Shown: piece by piece, positions 36,481 through 48,259 of the stretch | Numbering within the stretch: the stretch's first letter is position 1 | How the letters are laid out: the number at the start of each line of letters is the position of its first letter | Source of the DNA: Polymyxa betae A26-41 | Lineage: Eukaryota; Protista; Endomyxa: Phytomyxea | Assembly: GCA_003693705.1 (NCBI GenBank) | Contig: RBZT01000398.1 | Location: 1-54,592 of the forward strand | Reading direction: 5' to 3' | DNA: 54,592 bases | The notes under the pieces: generated by a model | The model's database searches: none | What the model saw: the letters and a program-made list of their open reading frames with translations, nothing else | What the model was told of the DNA's origin: nothing | Position numbers and translations under genes: made by a program

Positions 36481-37039
36481 CCTCTCCTGTAGGCCAAAGC
36501 TTTTGTGTTTATCAAAGCGCGCCAAGTTTGATAGGCCTTCGCAAAATTCCGCTTTTAAACTCTGCTTCTAATCATGTTAAAAGCTCTTTAAAAATCGTTA
36601 AAAGCAGAAGTTAAAAGCGGCCGAATGCGCAACTTTGATACCCCTATTATCTGCGAGAGCAGGTTTGATATCAGCCATAACGATGTCGAATAGAGAAATA
36701 TAGAAAGTTTCCGCAGCTCCGCCGTTCCGGTGGAAATTTTCACAACTCAAACTACAGGAAATTTTCCGAGGGAATTCCAGCGATTGTGAGGGAATTCCCG
36801 GCCCGCAGTTTTGGATATTCAAATATGGCACAACCACCTGAAACCGGAATTCCCGTGAATTACTGGGAATTCCTGCGTTTCCGGTGACATCCAAACGGGC
36901 CCTGAATGTCCAACACTAGGAGTTTGTCTGAAATTTGGTTGAGAACTCAGGCTTTCTTGGTATTGCAGCCACATTGCATTGGCAATGTCATCCCTGAACG
37001 ATTTAGCGGTTTCGATTCAAGATTGTTCTCCGCAAAAAT

Positions 37040-37310
37040 CGGTTGGTCGTCATCTTTAACTGTCTGTTGCTGCCGACGAGTCTCGGGCCTCAGCCTCAAC
37101 TTCAATCAAGTCTGGGGATCCTCCGGGAATGCGTATTAAATTGTGAACGGTTGATAGAGTAATGACTAGATTGCTTTGAAATTCTATGCTGAAATGAACT
37201 GGATTGACAAGAACGGAAATCGCATCTTCAGGACGCCGAATGCCCGTTCGATGACGTTTTGTAGGATAGCATGGCAGAAGCGTCCTCAATGGACACCAAC
37301 TTTTGTCACC
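37040..37310 (-). pseudogene. Harbinger transposase C-terminal fragment
   Basis: NVIERAFGVLKMRFP..FSIEFQSNLVITLSTVHNLIR. Confidence 0.75.
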
Positions 37311-37599
37311 ATACTGGGTGGGCAACCACGCACGACTGTTAATTTCTTCCCACCCGAATATAAAAGGGAGAATTTAGCAACAATACATTCATCCAGCTAC
37401 TTAATTGTTTATCTTCAAATCAATTTTCTTATTTCTCAATCTTCACCCTCCATTCTTTCCTTTCCGTTAGACTTCTTTTATTCCTTCAGATTTGCTGCAT
37501 CCTCCAGGACCGCAAGTCTCCCATTTCAATAGGTCTGAATCTCGGAGAGATAAGTACTCAAACAATTCAGAAGATAGTAACTTATTCAGGAAAAAGTCA

Positions 37600-39060
37600 T
37601 GGTTATCTCATAATGGCCATGAGATGAGATATGTCCCAGAAGTGGGAGTTTGCCATCAAGAAACGGCTGCTCCAAATTTTCTGGGAATAAACGCTGGCAT
37701 GTTTTCGAGAACGTGAATCCTGATACACTGAACATCCGTTCTCAAGCATTTGTAGTCCGACGGATAAACCCAAGATCAAAGTAATCTGAGCTTTCGTTTG
37801 CACTGTCCGTTATACGCTTCTTGAATCAACGAATTGCAGCCGCCAACCCTTATCCGTCGGCTGAATGCTCGGGAGAGCTCGCGATTTTGTTCAATTTGGT
37901 ACTCGAGGCATCTTCCAGTGTTTTATCAGTGCTTTTTCTTGACGAGTCAGTGAGGCCTGACCCTTGCACGCTTGCCTTTCTGAGCTTTCACTAAAGCAGA
38001 TTCGAAATCGTGATCACAAATTATATGACTTGGCAATGAGCACGTGCTCATCAAATTCTGGAAATCGCTTCAATGGAGGCTTCCATATAGTTGCGCACTT
38101 GATTAATGTTGAGCGTTTCGTTGTGAAGCTCTTTTGTCGGTATATCACTATCTGACAGCTTTCGACACACGGCTTGAGCAAACGCGCTGTCGCTTGCAGC
38201 CATTTGGAGCTGAGGTGGGGCTATAGTTCCAATGTCTGCTCACAGATTGAACTATCCAGCAATAATATTTTTGTGGATGGCCATCTTGTTGCTTTGCAGA
38301 GCATTGGAGACATGTTTGTTTTCTTTAGGAGCGCAGTTCGAGCTTTCAACTTTGTTTAAACTGCCATGGTCTTTTGAATTTGATCATTGAAATCAATATA
38401 TTGGTGCAACAGCACCACTCCGAGTTTCAGTAAATGACTGGCACATCCGATGAAATGAACATTTGCTGTTTGCGCCGAGCTTTGATTAGCAGAGCAGTTA
38501 TCGTCGATGAGGCAAGCCACTTTGAGGAAAGTTTTACCGTTAAAAGTCCGAATTTAATAGATTATGTCCCAAGAGTTCGCATCAAGACGCTCTTCATCAT
38601 CGAGTGGCGAAATGATAGAAGGAGCCTTTTAAATTGACGTTCCGATGAAGCATCAGAATATACCGGGAAAACAGCCAAGCAAGGGTTCCAGCAGAGCTCC
38701 AACCGGTAAACATCAGGGCCAACTGCGAATCAAAACACTTTTGATCATCTTCCTGTTCAAGGCTAGACGATTTATGGCAGATAAAAGGCTTTCAGCCGAG
38801 ATCTTTTCTATGCGAGGAAATTAGCGAGTAGTATCTTTCTCACAGAAAGAACAGCACCAGGTCGTGCACGAACCGTTCAACCCATGAACGCAATTGTCTA
38901 TCCTTTTTATAAAAGAACTGAGTGATAGGCCCATCATTGCTTCTCCTTGCTTGTTCTAGTGCTTCGTCGTGATCTCGAATAGTGTGCTCCAAGTGGTTGG
39001 CCAACCTCGCCCTTTCTTACGAGATTTCCTGCATTTACATTCCACAACGCCTGCATCATC
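37600..39060 (-). pseudogene. hAT transposase (degraded)
   Basis: DNCSAN..FIGCASHLLKLGV; ATRWPST; C-terminal DLGFI..TTNA*ERMFS..PENLEQ..W dimerization motif; ATATCGG subterminal repeats ~39115-39145. Confidence 0.75.
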
Positions 39061-39889
39061 TAAATCTTCGGATTGACCGAATTCGTAACGATGTCCTTGG
39101 TGAATAGAGGATAATAATCGGATATAAGAATATCGGTTATCGGAATGCGTACTGTAATTGCATTTTAAATTTTAATTCTCTCATTCTCCAAGATAAAATG
39201 TAGGAAGGCAAAAAGTAAGGAGCAATTTTCACAGCGCAGCTCGAAATAACTCATTTTCACAGGCGGGGTCATCTGTTATTGGCTAAGTGTTATGGGCTAT
39301 GAAGCCTATGATAGACTAATGTTCGCATCTTGAGTCAAGTTTCTTCAAAACTTTGTAAAATATTTCCTAAATGGCTGACAACCAATTGAAGAGCATCGAT
39401 ATTCATCTTTCTGTTGTTCACTGCGATAACACTCTATTTTCCGTTAACACATCTGTTTCACGCCAATCGGACCAAAACTGCCTATTGTGGATCGATTTGC
39501 TGATGCGCTGCCGTATTGAAAACCTTGGCAATTTTTATTTTGAGGATTTCGTGGTCCATGGGCGGTTCCGGAAAGTCACATGTGATTAAAACTAATTTAA
39601 GTTCTTGATCATCACTGGACTAGTTTAGGTTTTTGAAGTCAAGTACTGAACCAGATTTTATTAGATTGAAAAAAAAATCTTTCAAAATAGAATTTAATTT
39701 GGAGGTTTTGGCCAGCGTCCACTTTGTTTGCCTGCATTAAAGTTAGAATCAGACGGCGATTTGCTTTGGCCTGCATCCGGATCTCCTATCTAGCTTCGTA
39801 GCGACCGCGCTGCAGCTGCGAAGAAAGCCGCATTTCATCATACCGGCGGTCGTCTGGTGGTCGTTGTAGTTTAAACATCGCCATCATCT

Positions 39890-40590
39890 GCTCTCAACGC
39901 GAGCGAGCTTCTTCTCTTCTGCTTTCCATCACTGCGCCGAGAACAAGTTCATTCTCATGGTCTGAAGTTTTGCGATTCCATTTTAGAGGCGAGCTAGACA
40001 AAGACGGGTCCGGATTCTGTCTGGAAGATATATACACAGCCAGTTTTAGGGGTTGTACAGAATTTTCCGGCACGACCGATTTCGGTCTGGCTAGTCGGAA
40101 TAGGTCTGACTGGCCACGATTTGTATGAAAGTATCGATGGTTGCAGAGGCGATGCGGGGAAGTCTTCCCAGCCCCCAAGCAGTTGTTCGTCGTCGTTCTC
40201 CTGCTCGCTTCCTTCGCTGTTGGCATCCAATTCAACACGCTGATTGATCAAGTTGGCTGCATGTTTGCTTTTCGTATATGAAGGGGGCAGTTGGGATCGC
40301 CGGTATTCACATGAAAACCTTCTTGGATTCAATGGATATTTGCAGCAGTCTTACTTGATGATCTCGTTGCCTTTTCAAATTTCCCATTCAAAGCTAAAGA
40401 GTGGATGGTCGATCGAATCCTGTCATTGCGTAATGCTGGAAAGCAACATTTCACCATTCCACCTGCGAAAGAGGTCGAAGGTCGTAGATGGTGTCGACTA
40501 GTGCTTGCTCTTCGTCGAGATTGAAGGAAATCGCTCCTTTCTGGCGACCCTTTTTAACTCGAGCAGTATCGGCGTGATTTTCTGACAATG
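39890..40590 (-). pseudogene. DUF6818-like Myb partner, same type as 5029-5861
   Basis: KGRQKGAISFNLDEEQALVD..PLSQVEW..GDPNCPLHIRKA. Confidence 0.65.
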
Positions 40591-40699
40591 TTTCAAACTC
40601 CAACCTACCAGAATGCACAATGTTTGGAAAGTGAATAAGGTTGAGTATTCGCTTTAGCATAATTCCAGCATTCGCCCTCGTGGCATGGCCCAAGCTGAA

Positions 40700-40980
40700 C
40701 GCGTCCACAATCGACTGACCCCATATTGGCAAAGGTTGCCGCCCCGCTTCTGGCTGAGATGCCGCCCTACTTTCGCCCTTGTCTAGTGGCAGTTGGTCTA
40801 GTCCGAGTCAGTATTGGGGCGCTGCCGATTGACCGACGCTGTACCTACCAGAATGCGGAGACAATGAGATCCAGAATGGCTACTAGAACGGGTGGACAGC
40901 AGATTGCTACATCGGCAATCTTTTCTGGCTCACTCCGGATTGGTGCATAGCCTATCGTGTATTGAATGCTCCCGGTTAGG
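40700..40980 (+). pseudogene. Deleted Harbinger transposase fragment, same type as 5935-7309
   Basis: ECGDNEIQNGY*NGWTADCYIGNL..NAPG matches ECGDCLIQNAYYNEWTSDCYIDNL..NAPG. Confidence 0.7.
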
Positions 40981-41129
40981 TAATTTGTGTGCTTGTATTT
41001 TGAATAATTATTGTTAGGATCATTAGTGACGTCAGCAAAGTCAACGTATGATTTTTACGCAGTTTCTCAAGTCATACGTTAGATTTCCGGATATGCGCTC
41101 TGAGGACTAATTCCGCTGCGTCTTCTTCG

Positions 41130-42790
41130 TTTGTCAATAGTCATCTCTCAGGTCTAAAGGCTGATGCTCTGGACGTTCCTGCCGATTCGTCGGAGTTGGA
41201 CGAAAGCGACGATTGTTGAAAATCTGAAGACGACTTGTTCTCTGACTTGAACTACGAATGTTGATCCTGAGGTTAGACAACCAATAACAGAATGAACTGT
41301 ATTATTATAAAATGAGAATTATATAGGATAAAGCATACTAGGGGACTTCCATATAGTGTCAAAACTCCGCGGCGGACTTTCCACCTAAATGTGTTCTTGT
41401 CACCCTCCATAGTGTCAGCCCGGTCTCCCTTGTTCACCCTCGCAACTCAGGTTCGCCCGCCCTTCCTTGTGATGAATGTCTGGCTGGTCCCAGTTGCCAG
41501 GAGTTGCAGCCCTTACAGAGGCCACCGGAGCATTTCCAACAGCGATGACGTCCTTGCGGCGCAAGTGCTATCGTTTATAGCGGCCTCTCACAACATGAAC
41601 GCGGAGGCCTGCTCCTTGGCGATAGATTTGCACGAATTTGACGACGATACGCTGCCTGATCACCTGGATGGCGACTTCAGCGTTGATCACCGGAGCCCTG
41701 TTAATGACTTCTTGGAGCAGATTGTTTCAGGTCCCGCCTCCATTTTTACAACCAATCGGGGTTTACTCTGGAGGAATGTCGCGGATGGGCAAATAGTAAG
41801 CATTTATCAACCGCTAATAAAGGCTCTAGGAATTCTCAAAAATTATGTGTCCAATTGTTGCCAACACTGTTAGCAGCATATCAAACGCGGTCGTCCTCCC
41901 CAAGCTCACCGTCGAGCCAAGATTGCTCGCGGCTGTTCTAATGCTTCGGAAAGTGTCTAGATCGAGAATCTTTCAGCAACAGTTTTTCAATGCAGCTAAC
42001 ACAGAAGCAATCATTTCGTGACGAATCTGCAAGATTGGAATTTCTCTCGCTCATCTGCATGCGACGATTGCATATATATTGCAGCACTGTTTAATCGAAC
42101 GATGGCGAAAGAAATGGAAAGGCCAGATGCTGAAAGGCGACGAGAGCTTGCAAGACGAGAGCCTTTTTTTATGGGTGTATCGGGTTCATTGACGGCACTC
42201 TGGTGAAGATCCATCGTCCAACGAATATCGGGGAACACCAGTCCAGGAGATACTACACAAGGCGAAAGAAGATCTCGGGCTTCAACAATTCTATTGATGT
42301 TGACACGACGGGCTCATAATCTACATCGGTCCAGGTTATGCAGGATCATATCACGATATTACTATTCTCAGGCAATCAAAGCTGTATCGGAACTGGCGAA
42401 TCTACGTCACAGAGGACGATGGGCCATATTTCGAATATCTGCTTGGTGATCGTAAGTGGAAGGATTTCTTTTGCTGCTTTTATAACTTTATAACTTCTCG
42501 AAACTCCAGCTGGCTATATTGGGGATGACATGTTTGTCATGCGGCGAATCGATTTAAGGGAAGATGTTGGTGTAGTCGGCCCTTTTCCTAATGCCTTCAA
42601 CAAGCGACATGCTGGTAAACGTATTCAAGCTGATTGGGGTATTGGTGGGCTGAAAAATGAAATGGCGAATCCTCCAGTCCACATTCCCTATGAGCCGAAT
42701 AAAATTTGGGGTCATTATACGATGATGCTGCATTCTGACGAATTTCCAGCATCGAAGGGAGGATGAATTTACAAATGCAAGATTTAGGTA
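41130..42790 (+). pseudogene. Harbinger/ISL2EU-like transposase interrupted by a solo LTR
   Basis: KRGRPPKLT; WNFSRSSACDD; GCIGFIDGTLVKIHRP; GYAGSYHD; YLLGD; FNKRHAGKRIQADWGIGGLK. Confidence 0.8.
41214..41541 (-). mobile_element. Solo LTR (328 bp), diverged relative of the 19518/32127 family
   Basis: ACGAT|TGTTG...CAACA|GCGAT (TSD 4/5); shares CAATAACAGAATG and AAACTCCG-N3-CGGA motifs. Confidence 0.8.
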
Positions 42791-42876
42791 ACGCTGACGG
42801 TGGTGATTGGGATGTCGAAGTGATGGATATGTGACCTTAAACTGTTTATTTCTCAGATACTCATGTTGTACGGCGT

Positions 42877-43335
42877 TCAATTCATGAGAAGCATTGCCTG
42901 AGCTCTAGATTCCTCATCGGTAATGAGGCCATGCACTTCCAAGGCAGCCTTGTTCAGCATTTGGCTCTTCAAACGCTGTTGTATCTCTGGCGATTTTTTT
43001 AGGAGCTTATGCTTCTCAGATTTCTCAAGAAAAAACTTCTCCTGTAACGACGTCTGTGTACGACAATTACTGGCTATAGTCTCGATAGCCAAAGTCGATC
43101 GTGATCGACTTTGGCCTAACCCTTTCTTTGGCATATCGGCGTCGGGCTTCGGCTCTACATTCTCTTCCTGACTGCCCAAATCACTAGCATTGCTACAATC
43201 ATGGCTGCAGTCTCGTTTAGGTCTCTTGGGAGACGGTCCAGTAATGAGATCAAATCGGGCTTGATGCATCACCTTGGAGCGGTTTCGAGAGGCCGAGTTC
43301 CGGGGAGTAACCCCACGCTCGTTGGTATCCTGCAT
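42877..43335 (-). pseudogene. C-terminal part of a probable Harbinger partner protein
   Basis: Low-complexity/coiled ORF convergent with the transposase; no diagnostic domain seen. Confidence 0.45.
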
Positions 43336-43379
43336 TGAACCGTCGATGTTAAAGTTTATTTGTGAAAATCAGCTTGAAA

Positions 43380-46300
43380 TATCAGTCGAAAATGGGAAGG
43401 ATCAGGATATCGAAGGGTAGATGGACGGTTTTCTGTCCTCCGACCTTTCCAACGATGCGCTCATGGACAAGAAGCTGAAGGCCGTTAAGATGGACCCCCG
43501 CATCACACCTCCCAGTGGTCGAGTGATGGCTATGATGATCCGTTTCGATCAGATTGTCGAAGAAAACGGATGACGTTTTCAAAGAAGAAGAAGGGAAGAA
43601 ACGGAAGGTAAAATATTTTCTGAACGCTGTTGAACCTGTAGGTCTTAAGAAGATTATGGAGACCGCGCTAAAAGAGAGCCGAAGCTGTTGTCGCGGCCTC
43701 AGGCGTTCGGCATAATCCTTGAGATGAAGGCCGAGAGCCATGAGACCGCAACAGCGGTGAAGGCGTTTAGCGAAATGAAGACCAAGGGAAAGAAGCGCTC
43801 CCGTGAACAACAGGTAACTGTAATCCGAAGAAACCCCAGAAGGAGAAGGAACCGAAGAGTAAATAAATCGATGAAAACTGTACGCTGGAATGTTTCAGCT
43901 GTCGCAAAATTGGGCATCCGGCCTTTCTGTGCCCAACCCATCCCTTGACTAAAGCGGAAATTCGCACACTTTTGATGGAGAAAGATAATAAATTCAAGAA
44001 GAAACATTCAAAGTATCCATTGGTATGCCGAATTGGGAGTAGGGTAGATGACAAACAAATAGATGTTAGGATCTGTGAAGGTTTATACGTAACAGGTATC
44101 CTAGATAGCGGCGCCACAGCGGTGTCTCTAATACCAAAAATAATAGCCGATCGTGCTATGAAAATTGACCCTACCATAGAGAAGATACAGCTCGCAGAAC
44201 CCGTGCGGTTACGTTCGGGCGATAATGTTACAGAGGTAGTCGTCACTGACGCCGTAACTCTAGACATTCGACTACGGACATGTGCGTGTGAAGTCGTATC
44301 AAGCCGACGGAAGTGCCTGATATGGGATGCACCCAGTGACGAAATCATACTTGGGAGCGACCTGCTTGAAGAACTGGGAATAGAGCCAAAAACTGCACAC
44401 GACGCACATATTTGGCGGAAGAATGTCAGAAACGAAGCTAATGGCACCCAGAGAACTGATGAAGAATCGCCAAACAGTGATATCGAAGAAGGGAGCGACC
44501 AGGAAGAGGGCGCAGTAATTGGGTCCGCGGACCAAACGGAGGTGCGGTCCGAAATTTAAGCAATGCTGAAGAGAGCAGAAGAAAATGGTCTCCCCAAAGA
44601 ATGGCGAAATAAACTGAAGAATTTATTATACAAAATTGAAAAAGCATGGCAGGTGAAGTTAGGGCCAGAACCGCCAGCAAAGGTCACGCCTTTCGTGACT
44701 TAGCTGAAGCCCAATTCACAACCTTACAAATGCCTGGCAAGAAATTACAAACCAGAAGATAGCGAATTCATACAGAAATTCGTAGAAGAATTGATGAAAT
44801 ATGGACTGGTCTATGAAAATCAAAATTCAAAATGGGCCTCTCCTGTAGTTGTAGTGAAGAAAGGTGACGGTGGAAAAAGAATGTGCGTCGATCTGAGAGC
44901 AGTCAACACGATCAGCGAGAGCACAGCGTGGCCTATGCCATTCTTAGAATACATAGTCAACCATTTAGCGGGATCCAGGCACTGGTTCAAGCTGGATGCA
45001 TTCAAAGGATTCTGGATGATGCCGCTAGCAGAAGATTGTCAAGAAATGTTCTCATTTATGACAGATAATGGCGTGTATACGCCTAAAAGGTCAATTCAGG
45101 GCGCTTTAAATTCAGCGACTCAGTTCCAGGCAAGAAATGCGGGTGTCTTTAAAAGCCTCCTTAATAAAGCCTTGATTTTATGGATTGATGACCTGCTGGG
45201 ACATGCGAAGACATTAGATGACTGGTTCCAGTATCTTGAGAAGACATTACAATTGGCCGTAGAAAGTAACATAAAATTTAACGTGAAGAAGTGTGAACTC
45301 TACAGTAGGTCGGCCCAATTCTGTGGACGAAAATTCTCTCCGGATGGCGTAACCCACGACCCGAAAAGGATTGAGACCCTGCTAACAATACCGCAGCCCA
45401 AAACTGCGCGAGACCTGCAGCAATTTCTCATGGCTACTCAGAGGATGAGCCGATCGATTCCAGAATATAATAAGACAGTTAGATGCTTACAAGATATATT
45501 TGAAGAATCAATGAAGAACCAGCCCGCACGAACGAAAAGCGTAGCGAGACAAGTTCGCTTATCGAAGTATGGCTGGGGCCCACAGCATGCGCTGGCTTTC
45601 GAGAAGCTGAAGACCTCGATTGCATATCGTACAAAACTTTATTTCCCAATATGAAAAAGTGTATGTTCACTGATGCAAATGAATACAGTACTTCTGGAAT
45701 GGTTACACAAATTCCGATTGAAGATTCAGAAAAACCAATTGGACTACAGAGACATGAACCGCTACGGTTCGTGGGACATCGGTTTAACGGGTCGGAAGGA
45801 CTGTTGCCGAAAAAAAGAAGGATTTGCCATAAAAGATACAGTGCAAAAGCTTGATTATTTATTGCAATTGAAGAAACCATTTAAACTTTTCTGCGATGAT
45901 AAAAATTTGATACAGATATTTTCTCCGCATCAGGTTTCGAAACCTACTGCGCAGAAATTGCAGAGATGGGCCCAAGAAATGCAGAGATTTCGTTACGAGA
46001 TAGAGCATATCAAAGGCGAAGAAAATTATTCGGCTGACCTCATGAAACGCTGGGGGGCCACTACGGCAGGAGAGGATGGGCCTGTCCTCATAAGAAGAGC
46101 GAAAGTATTGAAGATCACAGACGAAGGGCGAGTACGACCCATGCAAAGGCCTGATTTTGTATGGCCATCGATAGAAGAAGTCAAAAAGGCGCAACAAGAC
46201 TTTTTACAAGTCAAAAACCCTAAATACAATGAAGATGGGTTATCAGTTACGCATGATAAACAGAAGATTACTATTCCTAAAGAAGCTGAAAATTTGAAGA

Positions 46301-48259
46301 TTAGGATTTGTATAATTGCGCATTCAGGCGAAAACAGCGCCCACCTAGGCTATCAGGCTGCTACGCAGAAACTTTCGCAGTATTTGTTCTGGCAAAACTG
46401 CGCAGAAGACATACGAACTTTATGTAACTCGTGTTTACATTGCCTACCAACAAGAGGGGGAATACGTATTCCTAGGACGCTAGGTACACAAATCACGCAT
46501 CCAAATGCAATAAAGTGATCCATATGGACTGGATTTATGTATGGCCAACGAAGAAAAACGGGATTCACGAATATCAGTGGAACTTGATTTTGCGCGACGA
46601 CCTTTCGGGCATCGTGAAGATAACACCCGCAAAGATCCCTGATACAGAGGTCACTGTCGACGCACTGATGGAATGGCGCGCGTTGTTTGGGACCCCGGAG
46701 ATATTGGTCTCAGACATGGCGTGGTACTTTGTGTCCGAAACCATGAAGAAATTTGCGCTGAAGTGTAATGTTACATAACATCTCACTACAGCGTACGGGC
46801 ACTATAATAACGGAAGCATCGAAGTGGTGAATAAGTGCTATCTATCGCTGATGAGAGCACTGCTTTCCGAGTTACTTTTGGACAAGGAATACTGGCCCAG
46901 GTTGAATATCAACGTTGAGCATATGTTGAATCATAGACCGCAGAGCCGACTCAACGGAAACGCTCCCATAACAGTGATGACTGGCTTACAGCCAGATAAC
47001 CCATTAGAAGGAATTTTCAAAAATCCAAAAAATCTTAATTTTATTAAAATAAGAGTGTCGAAAGACCAGATTCAAAAACTGGGAGATGACCTTGAAAATG
47101 CGTTAGAAAAAATGCATAAAGAAGTAGAAGAAACGTCTCGGAAGCAACGAGATGCGAAGAAAAGGACCGCAAACAAATACCGAAGAGAGCCGAATTTCGG
47201 TATCGACGATTACGTATTAGTTGGCATAGCGGAGCCCGCTAAAATGTCCCGACGCAAACTTTCTTAAAGTAGGGCGGCCCGTACCGAATAGTCGCTACAG
47301 AAGACCACTACATATTCGAAGTCGAAAACATCGTGGATTCGCGCAGAAAGTGGATTCACGGAGTCAGGATACGATTTTACGCAGATGACAAACTTAACGT
47401 TACTGAAGAGATAAAAAGTCAGTTTGCACATGATAACGAAAGTTATCAAGTTGAAGACCTTAAAGGATGCCGTCTGAATGCAGACAGCAACCAGTTAGAA
47501 TTTTTAGATGAATGGAGAGGTTTCTCACATGACGAAGACTCGTGGGAGCCACTTAAGACTCTAAATGAAGATATTCCTGCGAAAGTAGAGAAGTATATTA
47601 AAAAGTTAAAGTTAGAAGGCCACGAACTGGCAGAAGAAGCAGCTGGGTTTCTGAAATCCAATTGAAAGTCTATAAATAAATTCATGTTTTTTTCCCACTG
47701 GGTTTTAATGCGGATTTTTTATGTAGACAAGTAAAGAATGGATAAATAGATGCGGTCCAGAAAAAAATTGAAGATTGATCAATTGTTATAAATAAAATAT
47801 TTTTTTATATAGAGAAAAGAAAGATGATGAAGGCTAGCTCGAAGACAGATGGCAGAAGACCAATGACTGTAGATTGAAGACAGATGACTGATGACAGTAG
47901 ACAGACGACCAGAGGACGGAAAGCTGAAAACTAGTTGATCGAAGACATGAAGGAAAACAGACATTGCCGAAACCCTAAAACCCTAAACCCTAACTGTGAA
48001 ACTTAGGTACTATATAAGAACTATTCAAGAGCCAGACGAGTTTTTCGAAGAGGGGAGTGTGTCAATATTTGCAGAATATTTCCAGAAAAAGACTTTTTTA
48101 TATATATAAACGGCCCTATATTCAGGACGACTCCGCCACGGACTCAAATGGACTCCGTGACGGAATAACCGGACTGGAAATGGAAGCTGGAATACAGAAT
48201 TCATTTTAGCCCCAAATCACGAAGATCTGAACCCGTAGATCTGCTACAAGATGTTGACA
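43380..48259 (+). mobile_element. Ty3/gypsy chromovirus (gag-PR-RT-RH-IN-chromodomain), 5' LTR missing; PPT 48047-48057; 3' LTR 48060-48259
   Basis: ILDSGA; LWIDDLLG; FTDAN; IAHSG..HLG..CNSCLHC; LRDDLSG..VSDM..NGSIE; chromodomain YQVEDL..EWRGFSHDEDSWEP; GAAGAGGGGAG then TGTCAATAT...ATGTTGACA; several stops/frameshifts. Confidence 0.93.

Larger units (their letters stand above)
32533..36902 (+). mobile_element. PIF/Harbinger element, composite (contains a MITE and a second Harbinger module)
   Basis: TIR GGGC(T/C)CGTTTGGATGTCAC 18/19, TGA TSD (32530-32 / 36903-05), GGAATTCC-rich subterminal repeats. Confidence 0.9.

Noticed and set aside
39200-39870. Possible coding remnant
   Set aside because: No recognisable motif in the frames examined
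43767-44447. Long antisense ORFs over TE genes (also 10184, 21244, 34660)
   Set aside because: Shadow ORFs of coding strands with no independent motifs
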